A DNA stretch of 62,787 nucleotides, filler included, from Polymyxa betae A26-41 (taxonomy: Eukaryota > Protista > Endomyxa: Phytomyxea): assembly GCA_003693705.1 (NCBI GenBank). It is 7 parts of 7 records of this genome, joined end to end, with 100 filler letters (N's around TTAATTAATTAA, not from the genome) between each part and the next. Parts side by side here need not be neighbours in the genome. Positions count along the whole stretch, not along the records: positions 31,990 to 39,558 come from RBZT01000882.1; positions 39,659 to 51,360 come from RBZT01000538.1; 5 more parts are not named here. One strand, given 5' to 3'. The notes under the pieces were generated by a model that was given only the letters and a program-made list of their open reading frames with translations, made no database searches and had not been told where the DNA came from. Of the stretch, positions 38,020 through 49,000 are shown piece by piece. The first letter of the stretch is position 1, and every line of letters starts with the position of its first letter. The position numbers and the translations under genes are program-made.

Positions 38020-38930
38020 TGTACCAAGCCAACTGCAGATCGCTTTATGCGTTGGGGTATTGAACTTAGAGAGTATAATTATGTCATACAACACATTCCT
38101 GTGGATATAAAATGTTGAGCAGACTTATTATCACGATGGGGTGCTGCTCACGATCATAATGCGCCGCCAGCGAAACTGAATGCGATTGAGGCTGTAGAGT
38201 CTAACGCAGAAACCGATGATTGCAACCAATCAGTAGACCACTATAGAGTTCAGCCGTTGAACACTGAGAAATTTGTCTGTCCAGACAAATTTCTCAGATC
38301 ACAAATGAACAGCGATGTTATTTTGGTACCAATGACCAATATACTACTGATAATAATGGGTTGTTTGTGGAATCTGAAGGGAGGATAATTATTTCCAGTT
38401 CAAAGTCATGATTAAAGAATCAGACTGTGTGTTACTGCACACGCTGGATGTAATAGTGGGCATATTGGATAAAATGTTGCTCTAAATTTGTTGAGGCAAC
38501 GGGTTGATTGGGTTGGAATGGCGAAGGATATGCAGCAATTATGCAATGCATGTCTATATTGTGTGACAACTCGCAAAGGATTTAGGATTCCTCTACCTTT
38601 AGGTGAAGCATGTCACGGCATCAAGCGTGATCAGGTATTACACTTTGATTACATGTATGTTTGGCCACGAAGCGATAGGTCTTATCATCAATTTGAATGG
38701 TTGTTTGTTTTGAGGGAGACTCTTCGGGCCTGGTAATTTTGCGACCGGCGTCGCATCCGGATACATTGACAACGGCAGATGCTCTTTTAGACTGGAGATC
38801 TATATTTGGTAGATCTGAAATTTATTTTTCGGATCAGGCATCTTATTTTGTATCGGAACTGATGCGTCAGTTTGCAATAAGATGTAATACGCAACAGCAT
38901 TTCGTTACGGCATATGCTCATTATGCTACA
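38020..38930 (+). mobile_element. Ty3/gypsy RNase H-integrase remnant
   Basis: RWGIEL...QHIP...ADLLSRWGA, the HHCC zinc site (AHAG..GH.G...CNACLYC), QVLHFDYMY and YFSDQASYF. Confidence 0.8.
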
Positions 38931-39658
38931 GTAATTCCGGCTAATAAGACTAGGGTACTTTCAGCCAGGGTTGAGGGTCTTAATGAGGTTTTCAAGATTT
39001 TGAGCCTTGGGAGTCTTACTTAACAGACTAAGCGACAAAAGCTAAAGAACCTAATTTTACTGAAGTACGTGCTTTGGCGGATTGCAATTTTGAAAAAGTA
39101 ATGAATGCAAGGCAAATTGACATTGCACACACATCTTCTCTCAAAACGTTAGGGCATCTCACATTGTGTCCGAACACCATAACTGAGCTAATCGGTGTGT
39201 TTGCCTGAGCTCAGAGGAAACAACTATCAGTATAGCAAGAACACGGAATCGATCCTTGAGCCTTGCGGAATATCATATCATCGACCGAAACGCTTATTAG
39301 GCAAGAGTGTAGTGAGGCTGTCTCACATTCAAGACAAATAGAACAACTGAGTTAATCGATGCTAATGATTGATCAGTGACATTGATCCATCGGAAGGTAT
39401 CCGTAAAAAACCCTAACGTGACAGGGGAGACCCGAAAGGGCCAAATCGCCACTGGGGGCCCAGTGGCGGCGGAAACTGCGTGCGTCGCCGTCCGGCCTCC
39501 GGAAGCCCGTAACTACGCTGGCCGGCCTGGACGCGACCTTGGGGCCTGGAATCTAATTNNNNNNNNNNNNNNNNNNNNNNNNNNNNNNNNNNNNNNNNNN
39601 NNTTAATTAATTAANNNNNNNNNNNNNNNNNNNNNNNNNNNNNNNNNNNNNNNNNNNN

Positions 39659-40114
39659 TGGGATAAATTATGGAGGGAAAAATGGGACGATTTTCCATAC
39701 GCAATACCATTCTACTTCTAATAAAGCGAAATTTTCGGGCTTCTCGATAAATGTAACCATTGCTAAAAATTCCTTCATACTGGTGTGACGACGTCTGTCG
39801 TTACCATCTTCAGGTTCGGTGGTCGTAACAACTTTACGAGGCGCTTTAGCAGCCACAGCACGTGGCTGCGAAGCGGCAGCTTGGATAACCGGTGCGTTCA
39901 TAGTAGAAATGGATGATATATTCGAGACAGACACACAGACACAGCATGACCAGATCAATCCCGAAAATCGATCACGCTATTTTATCTCCGGGAGAATCGA
40001 TTCTCCCGGGAGAATCCGCTGAATCTCGTGGGAGAATCGATTCTCCGGGGGTCTCAAACCTCCTCGGGGAATCGATTCTCCGGGAGCGCACAAAATCAAA
40101 TTTTGATACCCCCT
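39659..40114 (-). mobile_element. End of a Harbinger/PHIS-like element: TIR AGGGGGTATCAAAA, palindromic GGAGAATCGATTCTCC subterminal repeats, accessory ORF 39668-39901
   Basis: Ends TTTTGATACCCCCT followed by ATT. The same end recurs at 44645-44715 and partly at 21610-21623. The ORF reads MNAPV...KEFLAMVTFIEKPENFALL. Confidence 0.65.
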
Positions 40115-40790
40115 ATTGTATTCATGTATAGGTAGGCCATGTTTGGCCTCTATTCGAGCAACTCTTCATCAAGGCGGCAGATACTATATCGACTCTTAAA
40201 GCCAATATTTGCTTTCTTTCTCTAATTCTTGTTTAAACACTTTTCTTATAGTTTACTGATTGTATTCATGTATAGGTTGGCCATGTTTGGCCTATATTCG
40301 AGCAACTCTTCATCGAGACCGGCGTCCCTATCAAGGCGGTAGGTACTATATCGACTCTTAAAGCCAATATTTACTTTCTTTCTCTAATTTTTGTTTATTC
40401 ACTTTTCTTATAGTTTACTGATTGTATTCATGTACAGGTTGGCCATGTTTGGAATCTATTCGAGCAGATGGTCTTCAAGATCGGCGTCCCTATCAAAGGC
40501 GGCAGGTACTATATCGACTCTGTTATTAAAGCCAATATCAACTTTCTTTCTAATTCTTTTTTATACAGTTTACTGATAGTTTAATGATTGTATAGGTTGG
40601 CCATGTTTGGCCTATTTTCGAGCAACCCGTCTTCGAGATCGGCGTCCCTTTGCGGCAGGTAATAGATCGACTCTGCTTTTAAAGCCTGGATTTACCATCT
40701 TTCACTAATGTTTCTTTATTCATTTCATTAATATTTTAGCGATTGTATTCATGTATAGATTGGCCATATTTGGTATGGTATTCGAGATGT
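40115..40790 (+). repeat. ~160-bp tandem array, ~4.3 units
   Basis: Units start ATTGTATTCATGTATAGG at 40115, 40259, 40421, 40587 and 40742, and degenerate rightwards. Confidence 0.92.
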
Positions 40791-41074
40791 TGGCCAGCGA
40801 TATTTATTATCTTCGTTTGCTGGCCTTCTTCTGTTACTATTTTGAACTATGTTCTTTGTTATCTCCCTTTTATCTTCTTTCTTCATTGGCGGAAAAACTC
40901 ACAATTTAATTCTAATTAAGTCTAGCATTGACCCCTACAATAGTTTGCTTCCAAGATGCCATTTATTCCATTCATGTTTGAATATCTAGCATCAGAATTC
41001 TTCAGCTCGATTAGCTCGAATCACAAAATAGCCCTTATGTCCTTGTAGCTTTCTCAGCATTATATTGATAGGCT

Positions 41075-44000
41075 CTACATTCTCCATGAACATCCATCGC
41101 GACCACTTTCGGTTCTCGGCAGAGTCATTGGCTCTATCACGAATAGGCTGGTCTCTGGATCAGTGGAATATCCCTCGCCTTTTCTGTCTGGAGATCGATA
41201 CCTGTCAACATATGCAATCATGAGCTCAACTCCATCTTTGATTTTGAGCTTAGTAAACCAGTTGACAGCCCCAAACCAAAGAGATTCTTGGCCTTGAGAT
41301 CCAGCTACCCGAATGGGCATCATGTGATTGCTGGTCTGCAAAGCTCTTTTCCTTTCATGATCTCTCGAGCGAAAGAGCCTTCCACGATGGATCGTACGAT
41401 TGACAATAGAAAGCTCTCCTATAGCAACATGCTATCATTCTTTGTTATATTGATTTGCTATCTCTCAAAGAAATCGAATAAAGTCATAATACAATGTAAG
41501 CAGTTTATTGAACTACGCTAGATAATCTATCCCAAGCACGAAAAGAAGTTGTTAAAGAAAACTAAAACCAGAGACTCCAGATTGCACTTGTAAATCAAAT
41601 AGGCTACCCGAAACTTACCTTGGAGCGCAGAAATCAGAGATTCTTCAAAATCTGCTTCTATGAGATACTGTATCATCGCTTGCTTATGACGTTGAAAAAA
41701 CACGATAGGCTCGGTCTCAATTCTTGTAATACTGAAGGGAGTAGCAAGTTTTGCATTCACAGCCAGAATTGCAAGGCGGTAGTATTCGTTATTGTGATAA
41801 AGTTCTTCATGCAACCTGCCTGTAAGAAAATATGTAATGTAAGTACTAGCTTTCATTGCAGAGTAGTGGGAGGTTGATACCTATCTGCAAGTCGGTTGGC
41901 ACGAACTGGAAAGATGTGATCTGTACTTCACCCAAGTTAGCATCTCCTGTCGCGCTGGACTCCCCGAAGGTCCATATCCGGTCAGAGCTACTGGAAAATC
42001 GTTCGTTATGCTGGTATCTGATAGCACAATATGATTATATTATTTTACAGATAGATGATCATGTGGATTACCTAAAGCATGATATCACCACCTGCTCGCA
42101 ATAGTTTTTCTTAATGTTGTCTGACTGCCCTCTTGAAGCATGACTCATGGATTTAATCGGCCTCATGAACCTTTCCGACCAAAAGTTCCATGAGGAACCG
42201 GTCATCGGTCCCAGATCCTGAATCAAATAAGGAACAATATGAAGAGTAGAATGAACAGGGAGCGTCATCAGCATGCTGGGGATTTTCTGCAAAAAGCTTC
42301 AGGGTTTGATTGCACCGGCAAGACAGGGTCTACCTCCTCCAATAATGTTAATGCCTCGGTCAATTCGATATGAAGTCGTTCAAGATCCGACCGCTTCATC
42401 AATAAACACCAACATTTCGATAGCCTGTCAAAAAACAAATACATGCTTTTTAGAAATCGCAGGCAATCTTTTCCTTTCCGAAAAGGCCTCTTGTCAGGAA
42501 TTTGAACAAACCGTGCAACATCAAGTGCCATTGAGAGCTTTTGACCACGACTTGCGACGAAACATATGGATGGAACGCATCGGCACAGCCTGCGAAGAAC
42601 ATGATCAGACTCAGCATTATGATGATTTCTCGAACTTACCATGAGGCATTCTTAGATGCTTCAGCCGATGAGCGATCTCTGCACGGCTGCCTGTAATCAG
42701 GGACCATGGCAGACGCGCGCTGTAATCCCACACTTCAGGAAGCCGTTTTATGTCTCGTTCGGCATCGCGAGCATCATTATCGAACACCAGGCCCGAGCCC
42801 CCAGCCTCACAATCCAACGCTTCTATTAACGTCTTCGCCACATTCTAAGCCAATTTAGTAAGCAATTAAAGAGCTTAAGAAGGCATACCCCGAGATGATG
42901 CATGTAGTCCGATTAAACTGACGGCTGGAATCCCATGGGAATGTCAAATTCTTTGAAAAGGCATCGACGCCATAGATGCCAGACGACCTGTATGGATGTT
43001 TTTGATCCGTAGTTCTGTCATATGGCTTCCAATTCTTCGGAGCCTTTCGAAACAGTTCTAATGATTCAGCCACCTTACGCAGCTCGTAATTTTCAGACTG
43101 TCCCTGGAAATAGCAGCAGATCTTGTTAGAAAACTTCGGATCTTCTGCCAAGATTACCTTTTGCCAGCATTTCTTCACGCGTGAAAAATGCCGGTGCCAA
43201 TGTTCTACGTCGCAAGCCAACCAAGCGGGAGTATGGATACGTTTTCTGATTGAATGATCTTTAGGCAGAAACTGATACGAACCGAGGCGGCAGGATCGCC
43301 GAAAGCAGCGGGTACCTATCGCCTTACATATACATGCGCCATTGACGCTTGAAAATCCTGCCTTCTTCAAAGGTTTAGACCAAGCAGGTAGATCTGCAAT
43401 GCTGACCAGAAGTATCATTTTGACCTAAACCCAATCTGAAGTGATATTTTAAAGGCTTGCTAGACCAACCTTGATTAACTTAGATTTGCGGACGTCGAAG
43501 ATATATAGCCCAAGTTTGTTGATCATATTCAGCTCATGTGCCAGCAATTCGAAAAACGCCTGGCTTGAGAAGTATGAGCATGAAGTCATTACGACCGAGG
43601 ATGGTTTGCATCTGGCATACGCTGGCAATGTTAGATATGAGAACAGATGAGGCCAAATCGAAATTTTTGATGAATTCTGAGCTTTCGCGCCATCGTAAGA
43701 ATGTGATAATGCGATTGTCATAGTTTCAATATCTGATTTCATTTCATGGGACCATTCGTGACCAGATAAAGGACCATACCTGCATTTCTTCACTGATCGA
43801 CTCTGATGCATAGGGACATAGAAATCATAGAAGAGATCGCCATGCATCCAATCCGTCATTTCGTCTTCCTCTAAGTGCTGTGCTTGATATTTTTCGACCA
43901 GTTTCTCGATATCAGTGAAGCATTGCCAAAAATGGCTCGCTATTGAATGGCATGCAAAGCGAAGCTAGAGTGCATTTGAGATTAGGAGTGTCTCAGGATG

Positions 44001-44540
44001 TTTTCGTACCTGGAAATCGAATGACAATGGCCAATATAGAAACGATTTCGACATCTCGCTTAAAGCATGGCACACAGGGCAGCACTTTGCGTCCTCGAGC
44101 TCGAGAACGTAGATGCAGTGACCATGAGGGCATGATTCCAAAGAGATTGGCTTCAGTGAGAGGAATATATCTCTGAGCACGGTCTGTTTAGCTTGGCTCC
44201 AATTTTCTTCAAAGCTTTTGTATATCTTAATTCCAGCACCAGTTTCATCATCAGGCCTAGTGGACATCTCCTGGAGGGGCATTCCAAGCAGCTCATCAAA
44301 GCATTTGCAGTTGACACTAGCGCAAATGCGCTCGTCTAGCAGAAAGTTTCCTGGCTGACCCTAACTTCTTGTTTAAATTCTTCTACTGCTAAGTGTGGCA
44401 ACAGATGCAACGCGCCAAGATTCTTGGCTAAAAACCGCCGAGGATTGATGTTCCGATGTTGATTGAGGATGATCTTTAACTCGACGGGCTGGTTAATTGA
44501 ACTCTGGACCTTATCGGCCCTGGCATGCAGCTAAAACGAA
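41075..44540 (-). pseudogene. CACTA/EnSpm transposase (Transposase_21 + DUF4218), multi-exon, disrupted
   Basis: SCPHGHCIY...CCPVC...FLYWPL, TDWMHGD, SYDG...SIWPHLF..LTLP..RCK, IADLPAWSK...GACIC, HIVPYLIQDLGPM...WNFWSERF. Confidence 0.85.
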
Positions 44541-44644
44541 GACTGGAGTGCTCGATAGCAAGGAGGCGAATGATTTGGTCAATATCTCGTAGTAAATGAG
44601 CTCTTGTCGAGTAACGAAACATTTTAACTTTGATAACCCCGCCA

Positions 44645-44715
44645 AGAGAAACGATTCTCCCGCACCCTTCTGGACCCCCGGAGAATCGATTCTCCGCTTA
44701 ATTTTGATACCCCCT
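44645..44715 (-). mobile_element. Second copy of the AGGGGGTATCAAAA TIR end
   Basis: GGAGAATCGATTCTCC...TTTTGATACCCCCT followed by AAT. Confidence 0.8.
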
Positions 44716-45300
44716 AATCAGTAAACTATAAGAACAGTAAATAAACAAGAATTAGAGAAAGAAAGTAAATGTTGGCACTAAAAGTCGATATAGTACCTGC
44801 CGCCTTGATAGGGACGCCGGTCTCGATGAAGAGTTGTTCGAAAATAGGCCAAACATGGCCAACCTATACATGAATACAGTCAGTCAACTATAAGAAAAGT
44901 GTTAAAACAAAAATTAGAGAAAGAAAGTAAATATTGGCTTTAATAAAAGAGTCGATATAATACCTGCCGCCTTTGATAGGGACGCCGATCTTGAAGACCA
45001 TCTGCTCGAATAGAGGCCAATCATGGCCATCCTGTACATGAATACAATCAGTAAACTATAAGAAAAGTAAATAAACAAAATTTGGAGAAACAAAGTAAAT
45101 ACTGGCTTTAATAACAGAGTCGATATAATACCTGCTGCCTTGAAAGGGACCCCCCTATCTTGAGACCAGTTGCTCGAGTAACAGGCCAGTCAGGACCTAT
45201 CTATACATGAAAACAGTCAGTAAAAGATTGTAAACAGAATGAAAAGCAATTGGAAAAACAAAACCAGTATTGGCTTCAATAACAAATTCGATATAGGACC
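44716..45300 (-). repeat. Inverted copy of the ~160-bp array, ~3.5 units
   Basis: CAGT(A/C)AACTATAAG unit starts at 44719, 44881, 45049 and a degenerate one at 45218. Reverse complement of the 40115-40790 unit. Confidence 0.92.
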
Positions 45301-45519
45301 TTTCACTTAGGTAAAGTTACCTGTGACCGCAATCATGAGACTTTCACTGCACCCAGTAACAGAACCAGAGCGTCTCCAAAAAAGACATGAATATTACATA
45401 ATTGTTTCAACAGAACGTTTTTATTCTCATTTTGAAAAGCAGAATTTTGCAACATGAAAAAACGCTGGAAACTGATGTCAAATTTGGACTAAGGCAGGAA
45501 AATGCGACTTCACATCCGT

Positions 45520-45658
45520 CGAAGCCCGTAATTCCGCCACGCAGCTCTAACAATTCGCAGGATAACGCAGAAAGGATTTTGAAAAGCAGTATTACGCGGG
45601 GTGTCCGCAGAAATATGCGTAAGACTGCGTGTAAAGGCAGCTGTCCTCCCTTCCTGTG
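45520..45658 (-). mobile_element. Putative CACTA-family terminus (CACAG on the minus strand) with CGCAG subterminal repeats
   Basis: ...CCTTCCTGTG at 45658, preceded by several ACGCAG/CCGCAG motifs resembling those at 20373-20595. Confidence 0.35.
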
Positions 45659-46093
45659 GCACCTGCGATGGGGAACCCCGTTTTAGTTGCAGCCAAAAAA
45701 CTGCGTCCACGCACTTCTATGATGTTTGGCTTTTAGCTTGGCTCCACGCATTGGAGATGCTCTTAGGGAATTTTATTTCCCTCCTCAGTAGCTCTGTGAT
45801 ATCAGTGGCGTGTATTGGTATACCCTATATATGTTTTTTTACACCATCGCAGGGAGTTTAATGTTTCTCTGCGAACTTTCGCTTTCATTTCTTTTACCTC
45901 TGAACATGTGGTTAGTGGCGTCAATAGATAGTGTTGAAATCTCCGATTCTCCTGACGAAATCATACTTTCATACGTGTTGGATGAGATTAAAAATGAATC
46001 ATCCGTCCGGTAGAATTCGACTTTGTGATTTCACTGGCAAGGAGATTCCAACCCAGCGTTATTATCAAAAATTTGCGTTGCTTTAGTGAACCT

Positions 46094-49000
46094 GGTTGAA
46101 ATCCGAAGTGCTGTCGAATCACTTAGAAACAGTTCGTCAGGAGAGATCAAAGAGCAAGATCAATCCACGGAGTGCGCATCAAGTTGAAGGTCCCATAATT
46201 GACTCATCCATCAGGTTTGCTACATTACCATCTCTATTAATAAACTACTATTAATTGAAGTAACAACAAAGGCCGTGTGTTGAGTTACAGGAGAGATTGC
46301 GGTACCTTAGCCACAGCTTCATTCAAATCAATCCGAATAACACATAAAACCCTCAGATTCCAACAGATTAAGAGTCCCATAACTCCGCCAAACTTATTTC
46401 ATCACATCAACCAAATCACATCCTACTTTATCTTATTTCTAATGTCCGAACTACAAGAGCTAAAATTACCAGTCTTCAATGGCGAGCGAGCTTCGTTTCA
46501 GCTGTGGAAATCTAAATTGCTTATGTACCTGGACTCACGCGATTTAGAGGAATATGCAATCGGAACCTTGAACGACAAAGGTATAGCATCCCCTGCTGTC
46601 ATCTCTGAAGACAACAAGAAGAGACAAGCCAAGAGGACCAAAAGCCATATATGTCTCTGTCTCAGCGAAGACATCGTCAGCACTGTTATTGATCTAACAA
46701 CGGCTTTGTCTGCTTTTCAAGAGCTCTGCAAGAAGAATGAGCAAAATGGCAGGGGCGCAAGAGTCAGAGCATGGACAAAGTTCTGGTCAATTTCAAAAGA
46801 TTCTGAACCGATTTCAACTTACATCTCTCATATCCAGTCCCCCGCGAAAAACGTCAAGGGTTCTGGTGGCAGTATTGACGAGCAGCTCATCATTGACAAA
46901 ACTCTTGGAGGCCTTCCTCAAGAATATGACTCAGTCATTATGATGCTTGACTCAACAGAAACGGCCTCAACACAGAAGGAGACTACAACTGCAAAAATTA
47001 CAGAGCTCTTACAAAATCGCGAAGGTCAACTAGAGGACACGCACTCGATGAATTTGATGAAGGCCAACCTTGTGTCGAAGACCCGGTCAACTTGCAAACT
47101 GCACCCGAATTCCAATCACACTAACTCTCAATGTTTTGCACAAAATCCAACACTGAAGACGCCCCTTCCTGACCAGTGCCAACTGCACCGGCATTCCAGA
47201 CACACGGACAAGCAGTGCCATTCACAATCTAAATCAAATATTACATCCATTGACATTTATCCCCTGGAGATCCAAGCGTTTGCTTCATCGGCGTCTGCCC
47301 AAAGTAGAGCAATCGACAGCTGCGATGACTGCCAATGTTTCATTATTGATAGCGGTGCGTCTATGCACAGGCTTCAGACAGATGTTCGTTCAAATCATAT
47401 AAACACCAGAATAACGTGTCTGTTCAGGTGGGAAATAAAACAGCCATATATTCCCATGGCTGCGGAGATTTTTAAGCTACGCTGCATGATGGCGTTATTC
47501 AGAGAATCGTCAGCACGTTTCACGTTCCAGATCTCCAAAATAATTTACTATCCATTGGACAAAGCTCAGCAAAAGGATTTAAATATGTTTTCGATGGAGA
47601 TTCTCTCAAGATCTACGGTCAAAACAACTATGTTCCAGCGCGAGGGGATCCCGTCGTGATAATCAGAAAAGACGCAGACAACCTCTACTGACTTTAATGC
47701 AACAATCACAATATCCCAAGGAAATTCAGCCAGCAAAACAATGCTAATGCCGCTCGTGCTCCCCCGAGTGAAAGAATCTGGCTCGAACGCCTAGGACATC
47801 CCAGCCGAAAATCTCTCCAGCAATTGAACCTTATTCGCAATGACGAAACAAAATGCCAAGAAAATGAACAAATTTGCGAACCATGTATCATGTCAAAATC
47901 CACCAAGGCACCATTGTTGCAGTCTACAATCACCAAATCACCAGGCGAAATTGTCCTTATGGATCTCGGTATTCTGCCATGCACAGGCATTGGTGGATGG
48001 AAGTATTTTGCGACATGCATTGATCATCACTCCAAATACACCGTCCTGTACGTACTCAAGAACAAATCCGATCAATTCCAAGCTTTCAAGCAGTATCATA
48101 TGTCAATGATCGCCCAAAAGGGGACAAAAATCTCAAGGCTCCAATCGATTCATAGCGACAATGGAGGTGAATACTTGTCACAATCCATGGCAGAATATTT
48201 ACAGCAACATGGGATCCATCACCGCACTATTGTCGCAGGCAATCCTCAATCCAACGGCATTGCAGAGCGTTTTAATCGCACTCTGATGGAGGTTGCTCAG
48301 TCCATCCGTTTACGCAGCGGTTTACCAAATCGATTCTGGCCATTCGCCATACGTACAGCCGCATACTTACTGAATCGACGCCCGCACTCATCATTATCAA
48401 TGAACTTGACCCCGTACGAAGCATGGACCGAAAGGAAACCGGATGTCACAGCTCTAAAGGTGTTTGGATGTGATGTTTTTTTACTGATACCAGAGAAAGA
48501 TCGCAACAAACTTTGCCCAAGGGCCCGAAAAGCAATCTTTATTGGCTATGCTTCGAACAAAAAGGCTTATAAATTATGGGACCCATCGAGCTCGAAAGTA
48601 CTGTACAGCCGAGATGTCCAATTTAATGAAGAATCTTTATAGCTTGCAACGGAGTTGTCCAATCAAGAACCTCAGCGTCCTCAGGCACCAGTCCAGCTTC
48701 CGCAAAATTCTGCTTTGCCATAGATGCATATGAATGAAAGAGAATACCAAGTTGATGATACTAATCAAGGCAGTGAAGACGAGAGACTAGATTGCCAGAA
48801 TGAAAACCAGCCTCATGAAGATGAAGATCACTCAAACGAGGTGCAGCCGGAACCTTTCTTACAACGCGAGCCGAATTATAGCGATGTAGTTAGACAAGGA
48901 ACCCGCCTCAGGCGTCCCTTTGGAGAATGGTGGAAAGCTCCAAGTGCAAACCAAGCAGTTGTTGGAAATACCAGAAAAACTTACAGTTTCGACTCAGACA

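Noticed and set aside
38928-39062. TA-CAGTAA...TTACTG as a mariner MITE
   Set aside because: The inverted match is only ~6 bp and there is no TA on the right flank.
40115-45300. Repeat arrays flanking a nuclease-like gene as a CRISPR- or TIGR-like system
   Set aside because: The units are homologous over their whole length with no unique spacers, and the enclosed gene has CACTA transposase motifs.
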